Of a DNA stretch of 64,000 nt, positions 11,331 through 23,739 are shown in pieces (the first letter of the stretch is position 1; every line of letters begins with the position of its first letter). The position numbers and the translations under genes are program-made. Source of the stretch: Lama guanicoe (lineage: Eukaryota); the NCBI GenBank assembly GCA_013239625.1, contig MU056134.1, positions 2,926,477-2,990,476 of the forward strand. Direction: 5' to 3'. A model generated the notes under the pieces. It worked only from the letters and a program-made list of their open reading frames with translations, was not told where the DNA came from and searched no databases.

Positions 11331-14300
11331 CTGGCGTGCTTCTCCTGGAGAGCATGATCCCTGGGGGTGGGGCACATGAGATGCTAACTGGATTGTTTCC
11401 AGCTTTGCCTTCCTCTGTCTGCTCAAGGATTTTGCCTTTTCTGCTCTGTTTCTTTCCCTTCTTGCCTTTGAGGAAGAGTTCTGCTTTGGCTTTCTGGGCT
11501 TTTGTGATGTAGAATCAAAAGGAGATGGGGACAGGAAGGACTGTGGTCCACATGCCCCCTTCCTCGTATTTGAGAAATGCGAGTAAAGGCCTGACTTATT
11601 TTGCAATTGTTTTTTTAGGTCTTGGACTGGGGTTCTTTGGTCATGAATCCGCTGAGACCTGACTCTATGGACATCAGTTTTATTATAAGCATTTACGTAT
11701 TTTTGACTCATTCACTGACTAGCTAAACGCCAACCCTGTGGGTCCCCAGACAAAAGGAGTGGGAGGTGGGGAGGAGGCAGCAAGCAGCCCACATCTCCCT
11801 TGGGGCAGCTGTAAAGGAATCAGGGCAGCTTCTGCCCCCTCCTCTCAGCAGGAGGGGGATCCAGCAGCCTGTTAAGCAGTGGGGGACATGGTGACTAATC
11901 TTCACCTTGGTTTCCCCAACTCTCTGGTAGAGATACTTCTGGATAATACAGTCCTTCTTCCTGGAACATTCCATCTCCCCCATGGTTGATATGCAGGATC
12001 TTCATAATTCTGGGGTGGGGTAGGGAACATGGGGCTGGGGGCAGTGAGGGGAGTGGTAGGGGGACATGACATGGGGCTCCACAGGATTGAAATAAATACT
12101 GGATCCTTTGGTGCTAATGAGCAGATGCCATGGGGCACAGCATACCAAGAGCCTGAAAGGAGATGATGGGAAAGGACGTGCCAGGACTTGAGTTACTATG
12201 GCCACTCATTCACCCCATCTCTTCACTCTGCTCCCTGTTCTGTCATCTGTTGTACATGGTCACACGAAAGTGGTCACAGAGTGGGCTTAAATTGTAAGAA
12301 GACTGTGCTGTGCCAGATTGGGGGATCATTTTTTACTGGGAGGAGTATATCTTGTCCAAAGTGTCAACCCTGGAGGTGGGGCCATATTGCCTCATTCCCA
12401 CGTGGTGCCAACGCTGTGCAAGGTTTAGAAAAAATAAACTTCCCCAAGTGACAGTCAGTTGGCTTGTTCTTTGTCTCCTTTTATAGGCTCCAAAGGGCCA
12501 TAGTCATGGAAGCAGGGAACAGCCCCAGATGACAACAGAGCTCACAAAGGCATCACAGAGCAGAGAGCCAGCCAGCCGACGACCCGTTCCTTTTGGCTGC
12601 ATCTCCCGCGGCTCAAGCATCTTGGCTCATTGTGTCTGGGATTTGAGGCAGGGGACCAGGCCTCTGCTTAGAGGTCTTTGTGGTGCAAACCCAATCCCAT
12701 TTCTAATCCACTCCAATAAATCCCACTCGAAAGGAATAAACCAAAGGAAGCCGGCAGTGTCCACGCCTGGCCTTAGCACTTACTGTCAGAGGGAAAGAAA
12801 CACACTGAGGAGACACTGCTGAGAGCGTCCCTGGACACAGCCCAATGCAAACGCCATTTACCCAAATACTCCTCCGGTGGCAAAGGAAGAAGTTTTTCTT
12901 CCTCTCCCTCCAAATGTCACCGTAAAACCGAAAACTTGGCTAATTTGCCATTCGATTACTGTTGCCACCTTTCTCCCTGCACAGCAGCTGTGATCGTAAA
13001 TCCTCCAGTTCTATTAACAAAGCTTTTAGGCTCATAAATCTTTTGGCCCTTGCTCTTCCATCCTCAGTGAAGCACCGTGTGTCTGAAGGCTGATTTTTAC
13101 CCCTTAATTCCCCAAAGGCTGAGTCTAGGATGGCTCGGTCAGTGGTGAGCGCTTGTATTCTGCCCACGCCTGATTTTTCAGACTGAAGATGGGAAAACAC
13201 CAGGGAGAAGACTGTCCTGATAGCTTCCCCAAGAAGGAGGTATCACTAAATCGATTCACTGGGGCTCTGCCACAAGGCAGGGAGGAGGGGGGCCTCACCC
13301 ACTGCAGGGGCCTGAGCCCCTAAACTACTCGCTTGGGGACCTGGCATCACTGAGATTTTCCCATCTTGCCCCAGCAGGGCTGCCCCACTCTGCCCAGCTC
13401 TCATCCTCTGCAGCGGACAGCCCCAGCACCAGCCAGGCCCGCTTCTCTGGGGATGGGCCAGCTTTTTTCTTCCCCCTGGCTCACTCTTGGATGGATTTGC
13501 AATTTGACTATCACCATGGAAACTCAGAGTTTTGGTACATGAAGGTGGGGGGAAGTCTTCCCTTTTGAAAAATCTTTCCTGATTGCTTCAAAGGACATGT
13601 GTGGCAGCTGCTGTCTTGTGGAGACAACTTGCCTGGGATGATCCAGAGGACAGGCAGGATGCTAGCCACTTGACCTCACAGCACTGCATTGGGATTTGGG
13701 GGACCTGCTTCCTGGCTCTGCTCTGCCATCATCTTTTTTTGTGACCCTGGGGGCACCTCTCAGGGCTTCATCACACACAAAAAGAGGCCAACCTAGGCAG
13801 CTATTCTGGGTCTGAATCCTAGAATTCAACGTCAGGTCAGCTTTTTTCCATTAGTGGGGAGCCCCAATGTCCCTCTCTGGTTGAGAGGCAGGGAGAGGTG
13901 ACTTCTGGGCCACACAACATCCGCCTGCCTGGCACAGGGACAGCCAGCAGCCTGTGAGCTTGGGAGGCCCTTATGAGCTGCTGCTGCTCTGCTTGGAGGC
14001 TCCCAAAGCCCCCAGAAATTATGGGAATTAGAGAGGAAGAGATATTTTCAGCAAACATTCTGCCAAAGCAAAGCAGATGGTGGAAAGTTTTGCATACTAA
14101 AAACAAAAAATTTTTTTTAATGTAAAGGAAAGATGATAAGGCCCTGGGGAATGCAGAGACATCCCCAATTAGCCTTACTCAGCCCACCAGGCTGGCGCGG
14201 CTGCGGATAAGTGTCACAGAGCCGTCCCCAATGGGACAGGCGAGGGCTGCCACACTTGCAAGCAGGGCCAGGCTGGCAGCCTGAAATCCCACTGAGATGC

Positions 14301-14379
14301 CACCTAAGTCTAGGACTCGGTTTGGTGGCAGCAGGAGGGAGAGATGGGGGTGGTGAAGAGGCACCACTCTCAGTTAGAC

Positions 14380-14570
14380 AGTGTCCTGGCTCTGCCACTT
14401 GCCAGCTGTGTGACTTTGGGCCAGTTTCCTTACCTCTCTGTGCTCTGCAGGACCACCTATGAAATGAGGGGATGATGGATCCTTTCCTGGGCTTTCCTGA
14501 GCATTAACAGAGGTACCACAGGCAGTGTCTGGCATGCAGTAGGTGCTTGACAGATGGGAGCTATTTTATT
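14380..14570 (-). mobile_element. MIR SINE
   Basis: cctggctctgccacttgccagctgtgtgactttgggccag..cctctctgtg..tgtctggcatgcagtaggtgct. Confidence 0.7.
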
Positions 14571-16759
14571 TGAGGTAGGCATCCTGAGCTCAGGGTCCAC
14601 AACACCTGGCCCGGGGCTGGTCTCTGGGCTCACAATGCTTGGTGCTCAGGCCAACATCACAGGGATGGACTTGCCTTTTCCAGGGAAGCTTAGATTTCCA
14701 AGTTGTGCTTCATAGGACACCGAAGGCACTAGACGCCTTCAGAGGCCATCCGGAGGCAAAGTTGGGACTTGAACCCAGGCCTATCTGTTGCTGGAATCTC
14801 TGCTCTCTCCTCCTCACCTAGGATGCAGGGCACCCCCTGGTCTGGCCTCATCCTAAAGGCTATGGTCCCTCAGAAGTACTCCCCTCCAGGCAGGCCAGTT
14901 TGTCCTCTGTCTCCCGGACATGCCCTTTCCTGTCAGAGGCAGGGGCTGCCACGTGGGTGACAGACAGCTGGTTTACCCCCAACATCTAGCGGGGAATTCC
15001 AGCTCTGCTCTGGGCACTCCTGGACCAACACCTTCATCTCCCTGAACCTCAGTCTTCTCAGCTGTAAAATCGAGACAATAACAACTACCAATACAGTAAG
15101 ATCAAGTAGGACAAAAGGCATCTCAAGCTTGAAAAGCCTGACAAGCCTCTAAATATTTTTAAAAATTAGATTCCAATTCACACCCCAGGTATCCATCCAA
15201 ATAGTGCCTCTACTGGAAAGTCCAGCCCTGGGGAGGGGAGGGAGGAAGACAGGCCCTCCCTTACTCTCCCCACAACTCTTCTGGCCCCTGTCAGACACCC
15301 TCTGGTACTGCATTTCTTTTCTTCCAAATGCCTGCCTCAACTTCCCCAACTGTCCCAGGAACCCTTGAGGGCAGGGCCACGTCTTAATCGGTGTCTGGCT
15401 CCTTCCCTCAGCCCCCAACACTGGGCCTTGGGCCAAGCAGGCACTCAGTAAATACTTGTTGACTATTTCCTGAAAAAACCTCCCCAGGAGAGGACAGGAC
15501 AGCACAGAGAGAGCCGGGCTGGACCGCAGTCAGCAAGGTGGCGGCGAGCCAGCTGGGGCTGGGCCTTCCACCAAGCAGGCGCCTCTCTGCAGCTTCTCTC
15601 AGAAGGACACTCAAGTGGGATGAGCCAGGCAACAGTGGCCTCAGCCCGAGCCAGGGACAGACTAGTGGAGGGAGGGGCTGTTGGGAGCTGGTTGCCATGG
15701 ATGTGGGATGAGTGGGCCCTGGAGGGGGTGCGGGGTGGAACGCCCAGTTCAGACAAAACCTTCTCCTCTTCCAAACTGGAGGCTTGAGGATGGGTTCTTC
15801 TTTTGTTTTGGAAACTCCCTCCAGAGCCCGAGTCATGGTCTGGATAAGGAGAAAGGTGGCCCCAAGGCTAGAGGGCTTGTCCTCATTGGGATGGGCTCCG
15901 TGGAGCCAGAGAGGCTCAGGGCCCTTCATCCTCCCCCCCTCCCTCCTAGGCCCGAGTTAGATCTGGATGACCCTCGCTGCCTAGCTGCCTGACCACCCTG
16001 GGCCTCGTTTCCTTGTCTCTGAGGTGGGAACAGTCACAGGTTAGTCACAGTGAAGGACCCAGGGAGCCTCCCTTCCTTGGCCGCCCTCTTCCAGGTTGCC
16101 ACCAGGGACCTTGGCAGGGACAGAACAGTCCAGGCCGGAAGTTGAGAGTTGGGGAGTGGAAGGTTTCCTGTGTTTGCTTATTCATTAGCCATTGATTTTA
16201 ATTAACTCCCTCCTTGGGGCCTGCAGACAGACAAGAGGCATCGGATAATGAAGACGAATCCTCAGATCAATAGTGATGTAGTTGCCAACAGTGAAATCCT
16301 GTGGTCCTGCTCTGGCTGAAGGAGCTCCAGATAGAATGGGAGACAGATGGATGGGAAATAAGAACAGCTCCTTCCAGAGAGAACATGATACTCTGGAAGG
16401 GAAGTGGAGAGTGTTTAGGGAAAGGAGAAGTCAGGGAGGGCTTCCTGGAAGAGATGGGATTTAAAGATGGTATGATTTCAATAGATAGAAATGCTGGGCC
16501 TAGGGTGTGCCAGGCACCCCTGACAGAGTACAAAAAAGGCAAAGGCCAGGTTGTAGGCTTCTCTGGGGCCAGGTCAGCTGTGTGGACTCAAGAGGAAGGC
16601 TCCTGGTGCAGGCACTTAGAGGACGAGGGGCTGGTATGTCTTGAGTGTGTTCTGCACTGTTTCTCTCTGGCGGGTTATTGCTTCTGATTTATGGCAGAAA
16701 TGAAGCCAAGCGGGTGCATATCCTCTGCCGGCTCTTTTGCTGGGAGACAAAATACGCCT

Positions 16760-17060
16760 TCATCTGCTCATTACATCAGCACTCTTTCTGTCCTTCTTTC
16801 TGTCTCTGGGTGTCTCTGGGCCTTTGACTTCAACTGTTTGTGCCTCTTTTTCTGATGGTTTAAAAAAATCTGTCTCTGCCTTTGTTTCTCTTCTTTCTTT
16901 CTGTCTCTTGTGTATCTTTGTGTCTCTGCGTGTTCTGAGTCTTCTTGGGTTTGTCTCTTGGTTCCTCTTTCCGTTTTTGTCGGTTTTGCTTACTCTCCAG
17001 TCCTTCCACATGTCTGTCCCTCTATCTCTGTCCCTCTGTCACATTTCCTCAGAGTCTGGC
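16760..17060. repeat. Pyrimidine-rich (TC/TG) low-complexity tract
   Basis: Repeated tgtctct and ttct units; A is nearly absent on the + strand. Confidence 0.7.
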
Positions 17061-17325
17061 CTTCTTGGCCTCGGGCTCTGTCCCTCAGGTTCCCTCACCT
17101 GGGCTGGATTCTTAGCCCCTGCTCAGGCCCACGGGGTCTGATCTCAGAACCTGGGTGGGGGGAGGGGCTGCCAGCTTTGCCTGGACCCCAGGGGCAACTG
17201 AGGCAGGGGTAGCCTGGCGCCTCCTTCCTATATGAAGGTCACTGCGCAGACTGACTTTCCCAGCCTCTGCTGCCGCTCCTGGATCAGCAAGTGGAAATCA
17301 GCCCAGCCCCACCCTAGAGGCCGGC

Positions 17326-17344
17326 CTCCACCCCCTGGTGGACA
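17326..17344 (-). promoter_or_regulatory. Candidate CTCF site TGTCCACCAGGGGGTGGAG
   Basis: Perfect CCACCAGGGGG core of the CTCF consensus; binding is untested. Confidence 0.55.
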
Positions 17345-19018
17345 GGAGGCGGGGGTGGGGGTAAGGGGTAGGGGGCGAGGGCTGCTGAGCTGAGTGGAGA
17401 GGCTGCAGAGGTGAGTGGAGCCAGCACTGTTATTTCCGAGGGCTTTAGTGAAGTCAGACGAGGCAGGCGGGCCCAGATTTACGCACTTCACCCAGGTCCC
17501 TGAAAGCCAAGACATTTAGAGTGGGTGGAATTAAGTTGTAGGTTCACACGGTGAGACAGGTGAGCGGCTGGAGAGGGCTGGGCTGTACTGCGCATGGTGA
17601 GAGCTCTATGGCCATCTGCTGAACTGAAGCCGGCTAGCGGGGGTGGTGAGTGGAGTAGGCCCTGCTTTCCTGTTTCAGCTCAGATGGGGGTTGGGGGTAT
17701 AGGGGAGGAGTAAGGAGTCCCAAGACCGCACCTTGCAGCTGGGGTCATCCAATCAGCTGAGGCTGTCACTGGGTTTGGACAAATTAGAAGGGACAATCAT
17801 CCCCTGACCTCTGTGGTGCGGCTAATGAGGGCCTTCTGCTCCGGGGAAATCAACCCCCAGGCCAGCCAAGACACTGGGACAGGCAGGAGTGGGGCCGGGG
17901 GCAGGGGTGGGGTGCAGTGGTGGGGACAACAGCGGCTCCTGGAAGCTCAGGGCTTCTGTTTTGGGGGCGGCCCCTCCATTCACACACTCCAGCATCGAGC
18001 TCATGTTTGGCTTTGCCAAGGGCTCCGAAGGTCAAGGCAGATTAGTAACGCATGGGCTTCTCTTTCAAAACACAGCCACGCAAGACGTGGCCAGGCCTCT
18101 GTTTCCCTGAGACTTAGGGAAAGGGCAGTTTCTTGAAAACCGCGGGGATTTCTCGCTCTGCCCACGTCAAGATGACAGTGCAAGTTATCTTACCTCTCCA
18201 GGCCTCAGTTTCCCCTTCTATAGACTGGGACAACAGGAATCCCCCTGACACAGGTGTCGGGGGAATTACATGAACTCACAGCGCCCGGCACAGGCTGCAG
18301 TCGGTGGCATCTGAGGCCGGGGGCCTGCCTCTCACCTGCACAGACTCACAGGCAAATGGTACGCAAGCCCTCAGCTGAGCCTGGAGGAGTGGTGGTCACA
18401 CGGAGGGCCCACAACTGACCAACTGTCAGCGTTTGCCCCTGAGGGGACCACAAGGGACTTGGGCAACTTGGCACCATACCACCCCCTTCTCCTGCCTCTG
18501 GGGGGATGGATGGCGTTCCTGTCCCTAAATGGCTAGTGGGAGCCATAGATGGGACTGTCCAACTATGACATCTTGGTTTATTTATTTTCTGGACCCAAAC
18601 AGCAGACCTACACCACAAAGCTCGGGGTTAATGGCCTTCAGGGTGTGAGGCTGGACACACAGCACCCTGCTCAGGTGGCTCAAAGGCAGCCTCTCCTCCC
18701 TTCTCTCCGAACAGTGCTTTCTGGCTCATGTCTGCCTGTGCATATTTGGTGGTTTCTATTATCTTTACATATAAAAAAATCTCAAGTACTTTCAGCTCCC
18801 TGGGACTCTAGAACCCATGCAGGGAGTAAAAGGAACGGTGATAATGAAGCAGAAGAGACGATCCTGGGGACAGGACCGTGAAAGGAAGACTCAGGTGGTT
18901 CATAAGCGCTTAGTCAACCTTTGCACAAGCACAGTGTGCAGGGCGGAGGGGGGATTTAGGAGAGGGCGTGCTGGGCGGGTTTGATGGGATTGCACTGGCA
19001 GCACACACCAGGACTGCA

Positions 19019-19045
19019 TGTGTGTGTGTGTGTGTGTGTGTGTGT
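19019..19045. repeat. (TG)n microsatellite
   Basis: Uninterrupted TG run. Confidence 0.95.
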
Positions 19046-20434
19046 ACGCGTGCACGCACACGACGAGGGTGGGGCCACTGCTGAAATGGGCTGATCTTTC
19101 CAGCAGAGGCAGCCTCAGTGTGTGGGCTGGGAGCTGCTTTATCACCTGCAGAAATTCCTCCTCATCCCCTTGGATTTGGAACTGTCAGATAGGAAAGCTG
19201 GAAGAGAACGGACCCTCTGTCCTGACCCCTGTCATCCCCATCCTACTTGTGGGGAAACCAAGGCCCAGAGAGGAAGAAGGACTTCTAAAGACTAAAGTTT
19301 TCCTGCTCTGGTTGGGGGGGGGTCCCCTATTAAAACTCAGATGCTCTGCAAGGCTGACCTTTTAAGCCCTTACTGGTGAGGCCCTGGGGGTGATGATGGT
19401 GGGTCACCTCATAGAAGGTGCAGAGCCACTAAGGGCAGGAGTTGTGGGGTCAAGGTTAGGAGTATGGATGCACAGATGTGACACAGTCAGGCTCTGGCCT
19501 TCCACTGGTCAGATGGAAGGGTCAGTGAGTGAGGTGGGCTAGATATAAGAAACCCTCACTTCCAAAGAGATGTGTGCCCACTTTTTTTTTTTTTGCAACA
19601 GGTGTACCTGTTGGTCTAACTTCTATTCTCTCTCCTTCACAGGGATGTAGAAACAAGAACTATTTCACTTTCTTCTTAATAACCCAGCAGGGGTGATGAT
19701 CAGAGTGTGAGAGATAATAGGGAGGGGTGGGGACTGCAGCAGACCAGAGACTGCCAGCCTAGGGTGAAGGGAGATGCTGCCACTTGCCTGTCCAGTTTTC
19801 CCAGGGAGGGGTGGTATCGCCAGACCTGATTTTCAGAAAAGAAGCCCCAAATCCTTTTTCTTTTAAACAAGAATTCTCCACATTTAAGTAAAGTTGAACA
19901 TAATGTAGTGAGCCAGATCGAGTCACCGTTCCACCAGCTGCGACCTCTAACACCGGCAAAAGTCCAACCCTCCAAGGACAGATGGCATCCCCACTCCGAA
20001 CACGGAAGCCCTCCTGCTCTGCTCTGCCTCCTTCTCCAAGCCTCAGCCAGCCTGGCCCCCTGCACGCAGCACACACTCCCAGCTGCTCCGAAGGTGCAGA
20101 GAGTTCACGCACCATGGCCAGGCTGATGTGACAGAAACGGCGAGTCCTGAGTCTGCTGGGGAAACACTGGAGGTGAATGGTGGGGTGGAAGAGGGGAGCT
20201 GAACGCCCCGAGGAGCTTCCAAAATGCTACTTTCTCAGGAACAGAGAAAGAAGGAAGGTGGCACAGCAGCAACTGGCTCTAGGCAGTGAGCAATCCTGTC
20301 TGAAAATAAAACATTTTACAATCCACGACTGTGGCTCATTAGGAATGAACGGATTTACTGGTATAAATAGCCCACTGCGTTAAGAAGTCAGGAAACGGCT
20401 TACGCGTTTGATGGAAAAACGGCTGCCACACAAC

Positions 20435-20508
20435 TGCTCATTAGCTCAGTCGGCTGCAGCTCTGTGCTAATGAGACAGAGGTCTCAGGTTCAAAGTTTTC
20501 GTGGGCCA
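20435..20508 (+). pseudogene. Degenerate tRNA-Ile(AAT)-derived sequence (MamSINE1 head or tRNA pseudogene)
   Basis: ttagctcagtcggctgcagctctgtgctaatgagacagaggtctcaggttcaaagttttcgtgggcca is colinear with tRNA-Ile(AAT): A-box, gctAATg anticodon region, GGTTC B-box. The stems are disrupted. Confidence 0.65.
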
Positions 20509-20647
20509 CGTGGCTTCCTTGATCTGGGGACATAGAATGTGTCCCCATCCCCCTAGTGCTGGGCACAACATGGGGGCATAACTCTGGGTATACAGTAACA
20601 AGCCCATAGTAAGCTTCCCCTATTTTCTGAACCATAGTATCCCTACT

Positions 20648-20790
20648 ATATATCCAGCCTCTGCTTGAATGCTCCCTGTGACAGGGAGCTCACTACCCTG
20701 TCAGATACAAAATGCCCAATTCTGTGGTTCAGCAATTATTGATCAAAAGACACAAATTCCCCCTACTCTGTCCCAGCTCTGTTTTTGGGG
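20648..20790 (-). mobile_element. CR1/L3 LINE fragment
   Basis: tatccagcctctgcttgaatgctccctgtgacagggagctcactacc is typical of L3/CR1. Confidence 0.65.
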
Positions 20791-20849
20791 AAAGCAGCCG
20801 CAACTGGGCCTAACTGGCCACACCATCTATAATGTCTGATCAGGCTAGA

Positions 20850-21150
20850 TGCAAAAAGGGCTGCCTGCACAGGAGGCGCCTGGGCCAGTCATGTCCTCCC
20901 CAGGTGTGGATGTGGGGTCCTGAGAGTGGCAGCAGAGGCTGAGACTGAAGGGCAGCCAGACTTGTGGCAGAGTGCACGCTGGGGAATGGAGCTCATCCCA
21001 AGTTCCCTGAGAAGCAGCCTCTCATCCCCACAGGCCCCGAAAGCCTTCCTCTCCATCCCGGCTTCTGGGAGACCTTCCTCAGCAGCTGAGCAGCAACCCC
21101 CTAACTTAAGCCGGCCTCGGTGGTCTCTGTTCCTGGCAACCAAAAACCCT
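20850..21150 (+). mobile_element. Old MaLR (MLT1-type) LTR fragment
   Basis: 3' end cccctaacttaagccggcctcggtggtctctgttcctggcaaccaaaa resembles old MLT1 termini. Confidence 0.5.
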
Positions 21151-22589
21151 CCAACCAAGTCCGAAAGCGTAAAGCCAGAGTGTGTGGCGATTTGGGCAGT
21201 AGCTTTACTCCACGTGACACTCAGAGGTGAGGAGCATGGGCTGGGATTCAGAAGCCTGGGTCCCACACCCTCTTGGCCTCTGTGACCTTGGGTAGGCATC
21301 TCCCTCCTCATCCATCACTTAGAGTCGGTTTCACATCCGTAGCTGCCCCATAGGCTGTTCTGAGCATCAGATGAGACAACGGCTGTGAGTCACAGAGCTC
21401 TGGCTGAGGTCAACGCAGCACCAAGAACTCAGCTTCTCCGGAGGGAACGGAGGTGGCAGCGTGGGGGCGGGCGGGCTGGCTGAGGGGTCATTTGGGAAGG
21501 GTGGCCCCAGGCAAACATTTGTAGCTGAGCTGAATGAGACCACTCAACCCAGACAACCCCAAAGCTTGCTTTCACTGGACTGCAAACAGCAACACAGTTT
21601 AGGATTCAAAAAAAAAAACAACATTTTTTTTAATCTAGAGAGCCAATAAAGTGATAATGAAACTACCCAAATGGAATAAAATTTTCCTAAAGCTACACAA
21701 ATGGAATAAACCCAAAACCTCGAAGTACTTTTCCAGAACAGACATTGAGATGAACCAGTATGTAATTCTGCTCAATTCCACCCAGGAAGCCTGTGTTGCA
21801 GAGCTCAGGGGGATGACAGAGGGCGGTGGGGTGGTGGCGGTAAGGATTCCTGCGGAGAATCCTGGGGAGGGACTGTTATCCAGGCCCCAGTGGGGATGGG
21901 AAAGTGAATTTGCCCTGTGGCTACTGGGTGCTCAAGGCACCTGCCTGTGCTTAGCTGGGGCTTTTTGGGGTCTTGAGGGGAGGACAGAATGGAAAGGCCT
22001 CCCTGATCCAGCCAGTCTGCAGGGCAGTGGTGAAAACTTTAGATGATGACAGGCCCCCTACACCTGACCCCAGGCTCCCTGAGAGAGGTAAATGCAGCAA
22101 AGCCTCACTGATCCAGGGGTCAGTCTCCTAGGAACCTTGACTCTCCGGTTCCTGACTGAGAAAAGGACACATGTCCTAAAAAAAACAAAAAACCCTCAGA
22201 GTTCTGTATGGACTCAAGACTTGGGGCTTCAGCCTCCACCCTACTTGGTCTCAGCTGCTCAGCTACAACAGGCAAAGGCCGGACAGACCACCACAGAGCA
22301 GACCCAGGGCAGGGCTGCCTCCGGGTCACAGCCCTCGGGGCTGAGGAAAACAAGCCCCATCAGGTTAAGCATCCTTGGCATTGGAGGCAGAGAAGCACAA
22401 AGTCCTATCTGAGAAAAACTTCCACATAATTACGTCATCTGCAAATAAGAGAATTTTTTCTTTTTCAGTAGTAACAGGTAAGTTTAGCTCTCTGTCACTA
22501 GGGAATCAGCTCCACCAGCACAAGCACCAGCCTGATTCTATTATAATGCAAGGCTGCAGAAACTAAAAGCTTAATTTTTCAAGCCTCCT

Positions 22590-22830
22590 CTTTGATCTTT
22601 CTTCTTTTCTTTATAGTGATGGCTGGAACAGTAGCAACCATCTTGTGACCACGAGGGAAAGAGCAAGAACTATAAAGACATCTGTTCTGATGTCTCTGAG
22701 CTGCTGAAACAAAGCTGCGGTTGCCTTCTCTAAGCTTTCTAGGGTAGAAGGAAAAACATGTAATCTCTTATTACTCAAATATGCCAGATTAAAACCCCTG
22801 CTCCCAGTAAATATCTTTCCATACACAGCT
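22590..22830 (+). mobile_element. MLT1J/K-like LTR fragment
   Basis: ggctggaacagtagcaaccatcttgtgaccacgaggg..gagctgctgaa. Confidence 0.45.
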
Positions 22831-23739
22831 CAAGGGTGAGAATCCAGCTGAAAGGAAAGAAGCCTGTAGAAGAGGTGGGTTCAACTCTAAAGGGATTAAG
22901 AGCCAAGAGCTGACCATACTGGTTCCACCATATATATCTTACATTTCTCAGGGGTACAAAGACACCTGGGAGTGCTCAAAACTGACTATACTTATTGCCG
23001 CCATAAACTTGGAGCCATGATCTGCCAAGGGAAAGTAGTGTGGAACACACACCCCTTTTGGATTGATTGGGTGGCAGAGTGGAGACCTCTCCCCAGAGGC
23101 AGACAGGTCAGATCCAGGGCCATCACCAGGAAGAACTCAGATCACACTTTTTTCCACCCCATCCTAGAGAAAGAATAAAGGTCCTGCTATGAGCAAGCTT
23201 GTCAGGGCTCACCAAGGGGTCTGCAGGGAAATCCTTGACCAAAATCAACACGCAGTGTCCAGAGGAGAGAGAGAGTAGCAAACCCAGGCAGTCAGCCCAC
23301 CTGTCCTGAAGGTACCAGAGTGCCAGCAGCTCTCTTTGAGCTTAACACAGAGGAAAGAAACACCTCCAGTCTTCTCTGATACGTTCATTGTGTTATTTTT
23401 AACATTCAGATCTTTAATCTGTCTTCAACGTGTTTCTGGATACACATGGAAAATCTAATTCTGCTAGCCCTGGCTGTTAAGTAAACCTGCTATTTTCCCA
23501 CCGAACTGAAAAGCTACCTATGTTTAGCTTCCATACATCCTTAGGTCTGTTATTTCTCTTTTCTATGCCATTATCCTTATAAATAAATATTCTATTTGTG
23601 TCAATACTCTACTGTTTCTTTTGATTATAGTAACTGTATAGCAAACTTTAACATCTGGTCAGGCAACTCCTCCCACTACCCTTGCTCTTCTTTAAAAAAA
23701 AATTTTTTTGTTCAACTATTCTCTAGCTTCCTTATGAAG

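Noticed and set aside
20435-20508. Functional tRNA-Ile gene
   Set aside because: Acceptor and T stems do not pair; treated as a SINE head or pseudogene.
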